From Dehalococcoidia bacterium (GTDB lineage Bacteria; Chloroflexota; Dehalococcoidia; Lucifugimonadales; CBDEGW01), in the NCBI GenBank assembly GCA_965237935.1, contig CBDEGW010000004.1:20545-84544 (forward strand): 64,000 nt of DNA, read 5' to 3'. The notes beneath the pieces were generated by a model that worked only from the letters and a program-made list of their open reading frames with translations, was not told where the DNA came from and did not search any database. Of this stretch, positions 63,171 to 64,000 are shown piece by piece; the stretch's first letter is position 1, and each line of letters begins with the position of its first letter. The position numbers were made by a program, and so were the translations under genes.

Positions 63171-64000
63171 GAGGACTCTCCTTCGCCGGAGTCCGGCTTG
63201 GGGTTTCGGGTGCGCGGCTTATGCTTCTTGGGCGGCTGGGGATCGTCCTGCTCCTCCGGTTTCGCCTCCTCGTTCCTGGGCTTGGGGTCACTCATGCCCT
63301 CCCGGGAGTCTCCCGCCTTCTTGCCCGACTGCACATCACTGGCGGCTATGTCCTTGGCAGCCGTGAAATAGGAGGCGGCGTCGGCGCGGATGCGAGCGGC
63401 CCGTTCAGGGTCACCTCTCTCCGGCTCCCTGACCGCCATCGAGAAGGCGTCCATCCGCTCCTTGCCCACCGTGGCCCTGACGTAGCAGTGGTGCACGGGC
63501 AGCGAGGTGATGTCGTCCTCGGTCACCCGCTCCTTGCCCAGCTCCCACACCAGCTGACGGGCGTCGTTGCCCGCCACCTGGAAGACGGCCAGGCAGCCCA
63601 CGTTGGCGAGGATGGTGTCCCGCATGGTGCGGGAGAGGTCGTCCAGCTTGGCGAGGCTCTGGGTCGCTAGCACGAACGACGCCCCGAACTTGCCAAGCTC
63701 GGACAACATGCTCTCGTAGTCCACGCCGGGCATCGACTGCATCTCGTCCACGACGACCAGCGCGCCCCTGCGCTGGTGCAACGGCAGCCATCCCTGCTCC
63801 CGTATCACCGCGTCCACCAGGTTGAGGATCGACGCCCCCACCAGGGCGGCCACGTCCCTTCCCGCCGTTCCCTGGGCGGTGGAGACCAGCAGGATGCCGC
63901 CATCCTGTATGGTCTTTCGCAGGTCGATGGTGGAGCGGCGCTGGCCGAGGATGGCCCTTGCCCGCTTGGAGGAGGCGTAGTAGTTGAGCCTCGTCTGCAC
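63167..64000 (-). CDS. Type IV secretion coupling protein (TraD/TraG/VirD4-like), C-terminal part; N-terminus beyond the window
   Basis: ALVVVDEMQSMPG (Walker B region)...GKFGASFVLATQSLAKLD...LANVGCLAVFQV pattern of T4CP/FtsK-like ATPases. Acidic/Pro-rich tail. Confidence 0.78.
   Translation of the reverse strand: MQTRLNYYASSKRARAILGQRRSTIDLRKTIQDGGILLVSTAQGTAGRDVAALVGASILNLVDAVIREQGWLPLHQRRGALVVVDEMQSMPGVDYESMLSELGKFGASFVLATQSLAKLDDLSRTMRDTILANVGCLAVFQVAGNDARQLVWELGKERVTEDDITSLPVHHCYVRATVGKERMDAFSMAVREPERGDPERAARIRADAASYFTAAKDIAASDVQSGKKAGDSREGMSDPKPRNEEAKPEEQDDPQPPKKHKPRTRNPKPDSGEGESS

Overview
GC-rich bacterial chromosomal window. The gene content suggests a Chloroflexota organism (Dehalococcoidia- or SAR202-like): the dcw cluster has no peptidoglycan genes, and family-III CoA-transferase and NIPSNAP paralogs are present. 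This placement is inference only. There are four zones. (1) 1-28.7 kb is housekeeping: ftsZ (partial, missing from the ORF track), ftsA, rsmH, mraZ, a MogA-like gene, trmD, rplS, priA, an orphan CoxM/CoxS-like pair flanked by two copies of a MITE-like repeat, nth, a CoA-transferase/NIPSNAP/PqqC-like cluster, a PspA operon, htpX, 2-oxoacid dehydrogenase E1-beta/E2, and a minus-strand surface-protein cluster. (2) 28.9-39 kb is an IS graveyard: an IS110 sits inside the 3' end of a YVTN beta-propeller gene, an IS3 lies 8 nt upstream of that gene's start codon, and there are one truncated and two full IS1380-family copies. (3) 39-51.5 kb is an accessory island of small membrane proteins and five same-strand lipoproteins with BsuPI-like and FN3-like domains. 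It is punctuated by a recurrent intergenic repeat, which forms a 38-nt-arm palindrome at its best-preserved copy in zone 2 (33.9 kb). (4) 51.7-64 kb is an integrated conjugative or mobilisable element. It carries a large serine recombinase, a divergent XRE/ImmA-like switch, decayed NYN and PAPS-reductase-like genes, DUF3800, replication-relaxation proteins and a T4 coupling protein that runs off the window. It is preceded by a 2.8-kb Fic + TIR-like cassette bracketed by 35-nt direct repeats. I saw no rRNA, tRNA or CRISPR array. The best candidates for something undescribed are the repeat-bracketed Fic/TIR-like cassette, the ImmA-like proteins lacking the catalytic Glu, the lipoprotein/BsuPI island, and the two repeat families. 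All functional calls come from motif recognition by eye. No database search was run.
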